Shown here: piece after piece, positions 1 through 9,126 of the stretch
Layout of the letters: every line of letters starts with the position of its first letter
Numbering within the stretch: the stretch's first letter is position 1
Source of the DNA: Craspedostauros australis
Taxonomy: Eukaryota
Direction: 5' to 3'
Assembly (NCBI GenBank): GCA_030167865.1
Contig: JALAGF010000236.1
Span: 61,508-81,507, forward strand
DNA: 20,000 bases
Position numbers and translations under genes: made by a program
The notes under the pieces: generated by a model
What the model was told of the DNA's origin: nothing
The model's input: only the letters and a program-made list of their open reading frames with translations
The model's database searches: none

Positions 1-249
1 GTTTTATGGTTTTAGACAATAAATTAGTTACGAGTGCTCTTACATGAGTCACCGGTGTATTCGTACTACTGCTTTAGAGCCGAGCAACTGCGACAGAGTC
101 GAGTCAAGTTCTCTACTTTCTGCCAAGAACCTCGTTCAGAGAACTCTGTGGTACTCTCTCCAAATCCGCATTCTTTTGGAGGCACTAGAGGACACAGACA
201 TGCGGCTGCGCTCAGTTGCGCCGTACCAGTATGGCAGTATTGAGGGGCC

Positions 250-1230
250 TCATTTCTTTGACCACCGAGCACATTGTTGCTTGTGCCCCTGCTTCCAGTG
301 CTGCACCTGGCAATCCCGACTGCAGTAGGCGACGCGCTTGCAGCGTTGGCAACACCGCAACGGCTGCAGGTTCTGTTCGGGTGATACGTCGGTGGACGTC
401 GACGCCGATTTCTCCTCCTCTTCCTTTGACGCCGTCACGAAGTAGGTGTTGTTGCACCCCGGATTCGCGCAGGTCGCCGGCAGCACCACGGCACCCTGGA
501 CTTCATCCAGAACCAACGCCACGAGCTGCAGCAGCAGATGCCGGCGTTCCAGAACATGGGCAAAGATCGGCCCCTCCAACGCCACGCCGTCCTCGATCAT
601 TTCCATGAACTTCCGCGCAAGCTGGGGATTGATCGTCTTGAGCTTCTCCGTGTCGACCGACATGGGCTCTCCCACATGCGACCCACCCTCCAACAGGGCG
701 ATCAGATTCTCCTTCTCATCATCAGGCTCGAGCTTGCCGTCCTCAATGTAATCGCGGATGACCCTGGCATCGAGGCGGTACTGCAGGTTGAGCGGATGCG
801 ACAGGACGGAATTCTCAATGACGTTGATGAAGAGCTGCGGGTCCCTGCAGAAGGTGTTCAAGGATGCGAATTCGGGCAGCAGCAGGCGCTTCATGGCGAC
901 CTCGGATGACGCGCCTCCCTCCGTGCAGAGATCGGGCGAGATGGCCGCCAGCAGGTTGCGACGCGCGTTGGCCTTGATGCCACGCCATATGTGCTGCACC
1001 ATGTCGCCGTGCTGCTTCCAATGCCTTCGGATGCCTTCGTCGAGCGCCACGACGGCCTCCGTTTGGGAAGGGTTGGTGAGAACGGTGTTGCTCATGATGC
1101 AGGCATCGTTGCTGTCGGATGATGATGTGCACGTGATGTTCTCGCGCGATGCCCACGTCCAGTTGGCTTTCAGAACGTACGCCGCTATGCGCTCGTCGCG
1201 TCCGTCGTCCACGATGTCCACGGTTACCAT
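250..1230 (-). CDS. MYND-type zinc finger protein (C-terminal zf-MYND, uncharacterised N-terminal region), 326 aa
   Basis: ATG-initiated ORF. The C-terminus CANPGC...CQRCKRVAYCSRDCQVQHWKQGHKQQC fits the MYND pattern, including the YCSxxCQxxHW..H...C signature (about 271-471). Confidence 0.9.
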   Translation of the reverse strand: MVTVDIVDDGRDERIAAYVLKANWTWASRENITCTSSSDSNDACIMSNTVLTNPSQTEAVVALDEGIRRHWKQHGDMVQHIWRGIKANARRNLLAAISPDLCTEGGASSEVAMKRLLLPEFASLNTFCRDPQLFINVIENSVLSHPLNLQYRLDARVIRDYIEDGKLEPDDEKENLIALLEGGSHVGEPMSVDTEKLKTINPQLARKFMEMIEDGVALEGPIFAHVLERRHLLLQLVALVLDEVQGAVVLPATCANPGCNNTYFVTASKEEEEKSASTSTDVSPEQNLQPLRCCQRCKRVAYCSRDCQVQHWKQGHKQQCARWSKK

Positions 1231-1260
1231 GATCGTGTGTTGTCCCAGCGTGTACTGCTA

Positions 1261-1288
1261 TATGTACGAGTATGTACGAGTATGTACG
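1261..1288. repeat. 10-bp tandem repeat (TATGTACGAG) x2.8 about 30 bp upstream of the MYND gene ATG
   Basis: tatgtacgag tatgtacgag tatgtacg, read directly. Confidence 0.85.
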
Positions 1289-1998
1289 TCGGAATGTGAG
1301 AGATCAAGCCGGTCTCTTTGTGATCTCCAGGGGCACAGGACGGCGTGGTGTGGCATGGCATGCGAGAAAGCAGGAGGCGAAGGATCTCGAGGAAGTCGAC
1401 ACCAACAGCGAAAAGAGAGGAAGACCCGTTCGTGTTGCGTGGAAGGAAAATGAGGAAACAAGAGTCATCGCAAAACGTTGTGGTATCCGGGATTGGATGG
1501 AGCATGAAGCCAGATGATTCCCGCTTTAAGTATTCGAATGAGTCATCGTCGCGTCGAAACAAGCTTTTGTGCTGTTTGCGCGATGAGACGAGATGCGACG
1601 TCGAACACAGATCAGTCCAAGAGGGAGCATCCTTGGTGGTAACCACTACGGCTACGATCATTCGCACTCATTCGAGTAACTCTGCTCTGCACTACTCCAT
1701 CGCATAACACCGTTCCATGCATACGACGACCAGTGGAGCAACCCACGAATGGTATGTACCTCCTCCTGGATTACTCTCTCAAATACTCTGCGGCGTTCGA
1801 GGCAAGCATGGCAACACACCAAACGGCTTGTTGAAGGCAATAGGAGAACTCCGCACAGAACACGAAACGACTCCCAAAGTTCGCCAAACGCACGCGTACG
1901 GACACGGGTACGATTTCTTTCTCAATCTCTCATTCAAGTCGTCTGAAGTCATTCATCACAATTCTCTCTGTGCAGCTCATTGATCACATTCCAGAAAG

Positions 1999-3294
1999 AT
2001 GCCAACCGCCAAGACAGAGACGTCCTTCACGGACGACGTCCCAGCCGACGATGTGGAAAACGACATCGAGATGAAGTACTCGAACCAAACCGCCGCACAT
2101 TCCAACAGCGAGGAAGAAAGCTGCGGATTGCTTTCGGCTGACGATGGCGACGACGATGCCGCGTCCGACTTGAACGATGTCAACGACGATGGCGAGATGT
2201 ACAGGACGTTGCGTCTGCGCAAGTACACCACTGATGAGGACAATGAATCGTCGTCGTGCTTTCACAACATCCAATGCTTGGCTTGGTTCATGCTGGGCGT
2301 GCTGGTGGTGGGTTGCATCGCCGTGTTTGCGCCAAAACAGCCATCGACACCGCGGACATCGACGCAAGCATCGGCCATCGTCGATTACCAATGTCCGGCC
2401 AAGATCTCCAAGTCACGCACGTTCGATCAATTCGATGAAGCCGAATACATCAAGGAGGCCAAGCAGCAAGGCACCGACAACATGACGCACTTTGCCGAAA
2501 CCTTCCGCACCTCCGAGTTCGACGACTGGGGGAAGAGCTACAACGAAGTCAAACAGGGCATGTCCGGCTTCAAGCGCAAGTTCTTCGCTCCACACCTCAA
2601 GAGCGGAGACTCCATCTACGAATCGGCCAGCGGCATCGGACTGAACCTCCTCATGACGCTCGAAGTGCTCCACGAGGAGGCTGGCATCACCGACCTCGTG
2701 GTGTACGGCAATGAGTACATCAGCACCAGCGTTGAGATTTCCAACGTCATCTTCGACAACATCACTGCAGACTTCCGACCGCACAAGGGACACCTGTGCA
2801 TGGGCGATTCGGAGTCCCTCCCCTTCGTGCCATCCAACAGCTTCGATCTCGTGTACTGCGGCTACATCACCCCGCTCACGGATCCGCTGGGACTGAATGA
2901 GCAGTTCGGAATCGACCTCACCTGGGGCAACGGAATTGGCAAGGACGGCGTCAATGACACCTACACGCGCCTGTGCGACGCCGACGCCGACGACTGGAAG
3001 AGCGCCAAGCTCAACGAGCTAGCGCAGAAAACGCAGGATGATTGGTTCGGCCAATGGTTCGGCGAGATGGTGCGGTTGGCCAAGCCGGGTGCACCCGTCA
3101 TTGCGGAACAGGTGTCACCGCAGCTGTGCGGCCATCGCATGGATTGGGGCGGCGTGTCGCGCAAGTTCTGGGAGGAAGGCGCGGAGAGATACGGGTGGGA
3201 TGTCGATGTCGATTCTGTGCAGATCGTGGACGACAAGATCTTCGAACGGCGGTATCACGTTTACATGCTCAAGAACGGGGTGAAAGAGGATTGA
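1999..3294 (+). CDS. Type II membrane-anchored class I SAM-dependent methyltransferase, 431 aa
   Basis: Acidic N-tail and one hydrophobic helix (CLAWFMLGVLVVGCIAVFAP). Then motif I-like DSIYESASGIGLNL, post-I VVYGNE, motif II-like GDSESLPFVPSNSFDLVY and motif III-like EMVRLAKPGAPVIAE. Codons are strongly G/C-ending. Confidence 0.88.
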   Translation: MPTAKTETSFTDDVPADDVENDIEMKYSNQTAAHSNSEEESCGLLSADDGDDDAASDLNDVNDDGEMYRTLRLRKYTTDEDNESSSCFHNIQCLAWFMLGVLVVGCIAVFAPKQPSTPRTSTQASAIVDYQCPAKISKSRTFDQFDEAEYIKEAKQQGTDNMTHFAETFRTSEFDDWGKSYNEVKQGMSGFKRKFFAPHLKSGDSIYESASGIGLNLLMTLEVLHEEAGITDLVVYGNEYISTSVEISNVIFDNITADFRPHKGHLCMGDSESLPFVPSNSFDLVYCGYITPLTDPLGLNEQFGIDLTWGNGIGKDGVNDTYTRLCDADADDWKSAKLNELAQKTQDDWFGQWFGEMVRLAKPGAPVIAEQVSPQLCGHRMDWGGVSRKFWEEGAERYGWDVDVDSVQIVDDKIFERRYHVYMLKNGVKED

Positions 3295-3707
3295 AGTCAC
3301 GAGTTTTGGATGTCGAAGTGTGGCAATTCTTGTGCATATTATTGCATTATATGTCGTTTAGTACTCCATACGTAGGGTTATGTAACTCGTACGTGCTGCG
3401 GATGAAATGAACCATCAAGTGTCGACAGCAGCAAGCGGCTTTGAGTTTACGTGGTCCAGGATGAATTGCACGAGTATGAAGGGATTGCCGTAGCAAAGCG
3501 CCGTGACGACATCCATGCAACCATGCTTTCTTTTCGTTCGTACCCGAAACACCGGGCGACCATCCCGAGCTCTGCAGAAGAGATGACACAATGTCGTGGT
3601 TACGCTCGTTAAGACTCTTTCTGCTTCGTTCTATTACTTTCAGTCCTACTCTACTTGTAATCGTCAATTTATCGTCACCATCCTCATGGTCGAAGGTGAT
3701 CGTCTGC

Positions 3708-5275
3708 TTAGAAATTTAACCACGGTGTCTGATCATCGCCCGTGGGATATCCCCAAACTTCCAGAGCCTCCTGCATCTGCGAACATGGCGCATCTCGCAT
3801 GGGATCTTCAGAGACGAACTTACCCGTGATATCGAGTTGATTGTAGAAGTGAACGCGCATGTCGCTGTACAGCCCGGCCTCGGCGTACGGCAACGCTTCC
3901 ACGAACTCGATGGCCTCTTGACGCGATCGCGCATTGAACATGATTAGATCGCCGACGCCGACGCTGGCGGGATCGTCCTTGTCTTTGGTGGCCACATGCA
4001 TCGGTCCTGCCGCTATGATGCGCCGGCTTTCGATGAGGTACTTCAAATTCTCTTCGTACAAGGCTTCGCGCAGACCGTCGACGTTTTCGGTTTCGTCCAT
4101 GGCGACGAGGACGGCGGGTGAGCCGATGCGTCCGTCGTCCTGTCGCAGGGTGTAATCACGAATGTGGCGCCAGCGGTAGAGATGGGCTCCGGAGATGTCG
4201 CCGCCTGTGAGGACCTGCATGATGGGTTCCTCCCGCAAGAGCTCCTCGACGTGCGCCAATTCTTTGCTTTCCAACACCATGACATGACCGATGATTCGTC
4301 GAACATCCGCCGAAAGCCTGAGTAGGTTGTACGCCATACGTGGTGGTTCAATTGTGTTTGCGTTTGCAAATGCATTTGTATTGGGAATGTAGTGCGCGTT
4401 TCGTTTTTGAAATGATGCGAATTGTGATGGGATGGGTTCAGTACATCAAAGGTTGCAACCGCCACATTCGTGATGGCGATGGTGACATTGAAGGTGAAGA
4501 GAGAGAGAGAGAGAGAGGAATCAACGAAGGGATGAGTCGAGAGTATCCATGTAGCATATACGAGCAGAGAGGTACAGAGGACCGAACATGGAACACACAA
4601 CACAACACAAGGCACGGAGCACGGAATACGCGAGGATCTGCCAGGAACGTACATTTGATAACTCCGCGAGATGTCGACCATGCTGCCGGTATTGACGGTC
4701 TCGTTGTAGAGATTCTTCTTGCGGCAGAACATGACATGATCTTCGATGGCCTCATCTCGGTCGTCGTGCAGCTGCATCATGTCGCGGCCCTCGGTGTCGA
4801 CCTCCCGATCCCAAACGATGGAGACGAAGCGGCTGCCAGAGTTCTTGGACATGGGGACGGGCTGCAGTTCGACGGTGGGCGGGATAGAGCCCTCGGCTTC
4901 TTCGTCTCCTTCGTCGTAGGGGCGTCGGAACATCTGCTGGTCATCATCGTCGTAGTCGGAAGCCTTGGATGAATATTCGGATCCATCGGCAGAGAAGGAG
5001 GACATGAAGCATGGTGGCATACTCGTACGTTGGCGGCGTGGCGTGGCAGATGGCGAGATGAAGGCCACGGTGGATGCCCTGCGTGCTGCTGCAGTTGCTG
5101 GTGGTGCGAATGCAGTGACCGAGATGAGCTGCACGCAGACAGACATCAGCAACAGGCGCACCGCGTATCCATTGGTCCGTGGTGGACTTGATGCCGCAGC
5201 ATTCAGTATTCTTTCTTCACACTTGCGCTGCTGAGGCTGCAGCTGCTCGTGTGCCGCTCCGTCTGCCATGATCAT
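3708..5275 (-). CDS. Plastid-targeted protein with two YCII (YciI-like) domains; exons 5275-4653 and 4317-3708 (410 aa from the first ATG; alternative ATG at 5146)
   Basis: Track ORFs 4043..5275 and 3708..4337 join in frame across a GT-AG intron to give ...SRSYQM-LSADVRRII.... The C-terminal IIAAGPM...GDLIMFNARSRQEAIEFVEALPYAEAGLY matches the YCII pattern. The N-terminal LLLMSVCVQLISVTA-FAPP is followed by an A/S/T/R-rich transit-like peptide. Confidence 0.82.
4318..4652 (-). other. Spliceosomal intron (335 nt, phase 2) of the YCII gene
   Basis: Minus-strand donor CAAAT|GTACGT at 4652 and acceptor CTACTCAG|G at 4318. The interior is lower in GC and contains microsatellites. Splicing restores the reading frame. 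Confidence 0.85.
4499..4516. repeat. (GA)n microsatellite within the intron
   Basis: gagagagagagagagaga, read directly. Confidence 0.9.
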
Positions 5276-6131
5276 CTCTGCTATTGATTCGATGCTGGGT
5301 TGATTGGTGGCAATGGTTCCGTGGATCGGAATGCAGCTGAGTTGGTTGGCCTTTGTCGGTATTGGTTGCTCTCTGCGGAAATGCAGCAGAAGATATGCAG
5401 CAGAGATCGCCGGTGTACCTATTCGGCCGCCGATGTAATCTACTCTGCGCGTATTCTGATGGGGTCTTCAGCCAGCAATGATGAAAGAGGACAATACCTG
5501 CTGGGACAATGATCACGATGCTGGAATCGAGAGCGTTCTTGGTGCTTTGGTGGCTGCAATGGCACACAGAGATGGCAGAGAGACGGCAGGGCCGATGGGT
5601 CGACGTGCAACAGGAAGTGCTTTCTGGTTGATGGCTTCCTTCTTCATCCTCTGGGTGGTGTGGATACGCCGAAGATGGACGGATCTGCCTTTCATGTCAA
5701 TGGCAGAAGCGCGGCAGGAATGATGGTTGGCGCAATCTTGATGGGCGGATAGAAGGTCAGACCGTTCTCCACAACGAGAGCCTCAATCACGAATGTGTCG
5801 AATCACGTATAAGACAAAGGATTCTCTTCGATGTTTCTCGGTTCACGATCGCGACACGATTGGTGGCGACGACTCAGGCGCAACAGAACTGTCTCCACAC
5901 AAGGCGAAGGCCCTCTCTCCATTCATTATCCACATCGTCGCACCTCGCGAATGCATCACACCAGGAACATCACAGAGTACGAGAGAGGTGAGGGACAGTA
6001 CGACTACATGTCCCCACATCTGCCATACCAGCACATACATAATCGTGCTACACTCTGAAAGGGTCCCCAATTCCAACAGTGACGCTCGCAAGTGGGCCCA
6101 TCTTCTTTCTGCAATTTGCGAAGTGAGTGAA

Positions 6132-7643
6132 ATGGATAGTGACGACGATGAACCACCGATGCTGGTGGAGGTCGCAGCGGATGCGGCCAGCGAGCCTGCA
6201 CAGCAGCAGCAGCAGGCGCAGCATTCACAACAGGGAGAGAAGGAGGAAGAAGAAGAAATGCCGCCATGTCCAGTCACCATCCTGTCCGGATTCCTGGGCA
6301 GCGGAAAGACGACGCTCATCCAGTACATTCTGCAATCCCCCGACCACGGCAAGCGCATCGCCGTGATTGAAAATGAATTCGGCGAGGGCGTTGCGGTGGA
6401 ATCTCTGATTGCTCGCGACGGTGTGGATCCATCCAACAACAGCCTCACGGACTTCCTGGAGCTGCCCAACGGCTGCATCTGCTGCACGGTGAAGGACAAC
6501 CTCGTCATGACGTTGGAATCGCTGCTGCAAAAACGCAAAGACCTCGATTACATCCTCATCGAGGCCAGCGGCATGGCCAATCCGGGACCCATCGCGAGCG
6601 TCTTCTGGTTGGACGATCAGATCCAGAGCCGTCTGCGGTTGGACGGAATCGTCACTCTGGTGGATGCCTATCACATTCGACGGCAGCTGGAGGAGACGGA
6701 AGAGGCGGCGCAGCAGATCGCCCATGCGGACCGGATCCTTTGCAACAAGGTGGACTTGTTGGGCAAGGCTGGCAACGGCAGCGCTCTCAACAGTGGCGGA
6801 CCATCTCGTGCTCAATCAAACACAGGGGCACAAGTAGACACGGAAGCGCAAGCGCAAGCACAGAAACAAGTGCTCAAGGTGATACGTGACATCCACCCGA
6901 TGGTGCCGATTCAGTGTACCTCGTTTTCGAAGGTCCCCGATCTGAATTGGATCCTGGATACCAACTGCTTCGATGGCAAGGATCGTTTGGGAGAGCTCGA
7001 AGAACAGCTGGAGCGCGCTGTTCAGGTCGAGGTCACGAATGATGGTCAATGCCATGAGGATCACGAGCACGATCATACCTGCCGCCACAACCACCGCCAT
7101 CATCATTCGTGCGTTCATTCGCAGGTTCACACACAATGTGTGGAATGCACAACACCAGAAGAAGAACAAATCAGCAACGACAAGCAGAATCACAAACACA
7201 CCAACTCCATCTCGACCATTTCCTTGCGTCACACAGGCACGATGCAGCTCTCCAAACTCAACGCCTGGTTGGCCAGCATCCTGTGGCCGCAGCAGGATGA
7301 ATTGAATGAAGTGCTGGATCAGCGATTGCAGTCCAACATCTCCACGCACAACATGCGCTCCAACGACACGACGATGCGCATATTCCGCATGAAGGGGATC
7401 CTGTCTGTATTTGATGATGATGACGATACGAATGGCAATTGCAAATATATATTGCAGGCCGTCCATGATCTGTGGGATGTGTACCCAGCCCAGACGGAAT
7501 CATTCGGCGATACACCGCGGCAGTGTCAGATCGTGGTGATTGGCAAACAGTTGCAACGCAAGGAACTGTTGGATGGATTTCATGACTGCTTCCTGAATGG
7601 CGCAACAGACGCAACCAACGCTAGCGCAAGTAACTCTAATTGA
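6132..7643 (+). CDS. ZNG1: COG0523/CobW-family G3E GTPase metallochaperone, ZNG1 (CBWD)-type, about 503 aa
   Basis: PVTILSGFLGSGKTT (Walker A), IAVIENEFG, ELPNGCICC (CxCC metal site), ILIEASG (Walker B), NKVD (G4), a His-rich linker and CobW_C motif IFRMKGIL...LQAVHDL...IVVIGK. Start placed at MDSDDDEPPMLV (6132) rather than the track's 5793. Confidence 0.93.
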   Translation: MDSDDDEPPMLVEVAADAASEPAQQQQQAQHSQQGEKEEEEEMPPCPVTILSGFLGSGKTTLIQYILQSPDHGKRIAVIENEFGEGVAVESLIARDGVDPSNNSLTDFLELPNGCICCTVKDNLVMTLESLLQKRKDLDYILIEASGMANPGPIASVFWLDDQIQSRLRLDGIVTLVDAYHIRRQLEETEEAAQQIAHADRILCNKVDLLGKAGNGSALNSGGPSRAQSNTGAQVDTEAQAQAQKQVLKVIRDIHPMVPIQCTSFSKVPDLNWILDTNCFDGKDRLGELEEQLERAVQVEVTNDGQCHEDHEHDHTCRHNHRHHHSCVHSQVHTQCVECTTPEEEQISNDKQNHKHTNSISTISLRHTGTMQLSKLNAWLASILWPQQDELNEVLDQRLQSNISTHNMRSNDTTMRIFRMKGILSVFDDDDDTNGNCKYILQAVHDLWDVYPAQTESFGDTPRQCQIVVIGKQLQRKELLDGFHDCFLNGATDATNASASNSN

Positions 7644-7836
7644 TCAACATGAAAACTGTCACATCTGTCCTACATAAAGCGGGATATTGCATGGTTTCTG
7701 GCGTGGGACAAAACCAGTGTGATGTCTATTGGGTGTTATGTGGATGGGAGCACCGCCAAACGAATGTACAATCGTCTTCCTCCGTCTCTCCACACATCGA
7801 CATGCTCATGTTCTCTCTGCATGCTGAAAAACAAAA

Positions 7837-9105
7837 TTAGTAGATGGATACGGCGTGTATCCGAAATGGTTGCAACGTCTCCTGTTCGATCGTGCGCAGC
7901 TGGATCGTGGCGGTCGTATCGGCCGGGAGGATCCCAATCGCAGCCGTCTGCACCCTCTGAGCATCGTCGGTAGGGTTGATGAGGACCGTCTGCCCCAACA
8001 GCTGAACCTGTATTCTGGGATAGACCTTGCGGTAGGAAGGTGCGGATGATTCGTAGGAGAGATGGACCATGCGGTCCGTCGGGAATGGGTTGTGGAAGAG
8101 GATGGAGGAAGACGATTCGATCTGCACCTGTTGGCGCCAGCAGGAATCTCCAGCGAACCATGATCCAGACTGTTGGTGCTGTGATGCCGATTCGATGCTG
8201 CTGTCATGGCTGCTGTCATTGCTGTTGTGATGACCGCTATCGTCGTTTGTCCGACCAACAATCACCTGCCCAAGAGCTGCCTGGACCTCGTCCAAATCGT
8301 ACCGCTGCACATTGACGAACAGGGCTCGCGGATATCTGCGTTGCAGTCTCTGCAGGAGGAGGTTGATAGTGGGATCGACAACGGCATCAACGTGAGCTGT
8401 ACTGTGGACGATGACATCGTAGTCCGCCTGATCGCCAAGGATCGTCTGCGTGCATTTGGCATTGACATCATCGGCATTGATGGCCGTGTCCACGCGTATT
8501 TGCATGCTGGCATCCACGTCGGTACCCAAGAGCGTTTCTCGATCATTGGCTGATTGCGAGAGAGACTCAACGAGGGAATAGATGCGCCGTGTCGATTGTC
8601 TGCCGAAGGAAGCCTCGTCCATCATGAACAGGATCTGGAGCGACGACGACGACGACGATGATGTCGATGATGATGGTGTGGCATGCGAATGCTGTCGGAG
8701 TCGGCGGCTGGAGCGATGGGAAGGTGTCAAGTCGGGTGTCAGTGGTATCTGCCTTTGCTCCTGCTGTTTCTGCTGTTTCTGTTGATGTGAGTTGTGCGGA
8801 AGATGCCGCTGCGTCAAGAGAGAAGGCGGGCGATGCTGCACCGTGGCTGTTATCTTGGATGCAGCATTTCTTCTCCAGCCAACAAGGTCACCAACAAGGT
8901 CGCCAACAATGTCGTCTCCATTGAACTTCGCATGCTGCACGCCCAACACAAGCACCGTGAGGGTCACCACCATGAAGACGCATGTCATGGCGAAGGCGCC
9001 TGCTGTCATCTGCCGCGGCTGCCGTCTCCTGGTGCGATTGTTTGTATTGGCATCAGCATTCAGGCTTGTGTTTGCGCTTGCACTTGTCATGCAGGCGGAG
9101 TTCAT
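7837..9105 (-). CDS. Type II membrane protein of unknown function, possibly a degenerate SGNH-like alpha/beta domain plus a C-terminal beta-rich domain, about 422 aa
   Basis: Long ORF; first ATG is 9105 because the track start at 9147 is TTG. A basic tail precedes a TM helix (AFAMTCVFMVVTLTVLVLGV) and a Q/S/H-rich stem. Globular-looking segments follow: CTQTILGDQADYDVIV...LLQRLQRRYPRALFVNV and FHNPF...YP...PFRI. The fold call is tentative. Confidence 0.7.
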   Translation of the reverse strand: MNSACMTSASANTSLNADANTNNRTRRRQPRQMTAGAFAMTCVFMVVTLTVLVLGVQHAKFNGDDIVGDLVGDLVGWRRNAASKITATVQHRPPSLLTQRHLPHNSHQQKQQKQQEQRQIPLTPDLTPSHRSSRRLRQHSHATPSSSTSSSSSSSLQILFMMDEASFGRQSTRRIYSLVESLSQSANDRETLLGTDVDASMQIRVDTAINADDVNAKCTQTILGDQADYDVIVHSTAHVDAVVDPTINLLLQRLQRRYPRALFVNVQRYDLDEVQAALGQVIVGRTNDDSGHHNSNDSSHDSSIESASQHQQSGSWFAGDSCWRQQVQIESSSSILFHNPFPTDRMVHLSYESSAPSYRKVYPRIQVQLLGQTVLINPTDDAQRVQTAAIGILPADTTATIQLRTIEQETLQPFRIHAVSIY

Positions 9106-9106
9106 G

Positions 9107-9126
9107 CTCTCTCTCTCTCTCTCTCT
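9107..9126. repeat. (CT)n/(GA)n microsatellite directly upstream of the ATG at 9105
   Basis: ctctctctctctctctctct, read directly. Confidence 0.9.

Noticed and set aside
1989-1996. TTCcaGAA heat-shock-element-like dyads (here and near 9819)
   Set aside because: Only two pentamer units; functional HSEs typically need three, and such dyads are frequent by chance
4043-4652. C-terminal part of track ORF 4043..5275 including a hydrophobic 'TM-like' stretch
   Set aside because: Read-through of the intron (microsatellite-derived SLSLSL) and then the wrong frame of exon 2
5478-5723. 81-aa ORF with a hydrophobic segment between the divergent YCII and ZNG1 genes
   Set aside because: Short, no motif, consistent with a chance ORF in promoter DNA
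5793-6131. 113-codon N-terminal extension of the COG0523 ORF in the track
   Set aside because: No recognisable motif or targeting signal. The family-like N-terminal motif starts at ATG 6132, so this is probably promoter/5' UTR.
250-7643. Functional zinc cluster linking the MYND protein and ZNG1
   Set aside because: The METAP1 finger bound by ZNG1 is MYND-like, but two unrelated genes intervene and proximity in a compact eukaryotic genome is not evidence
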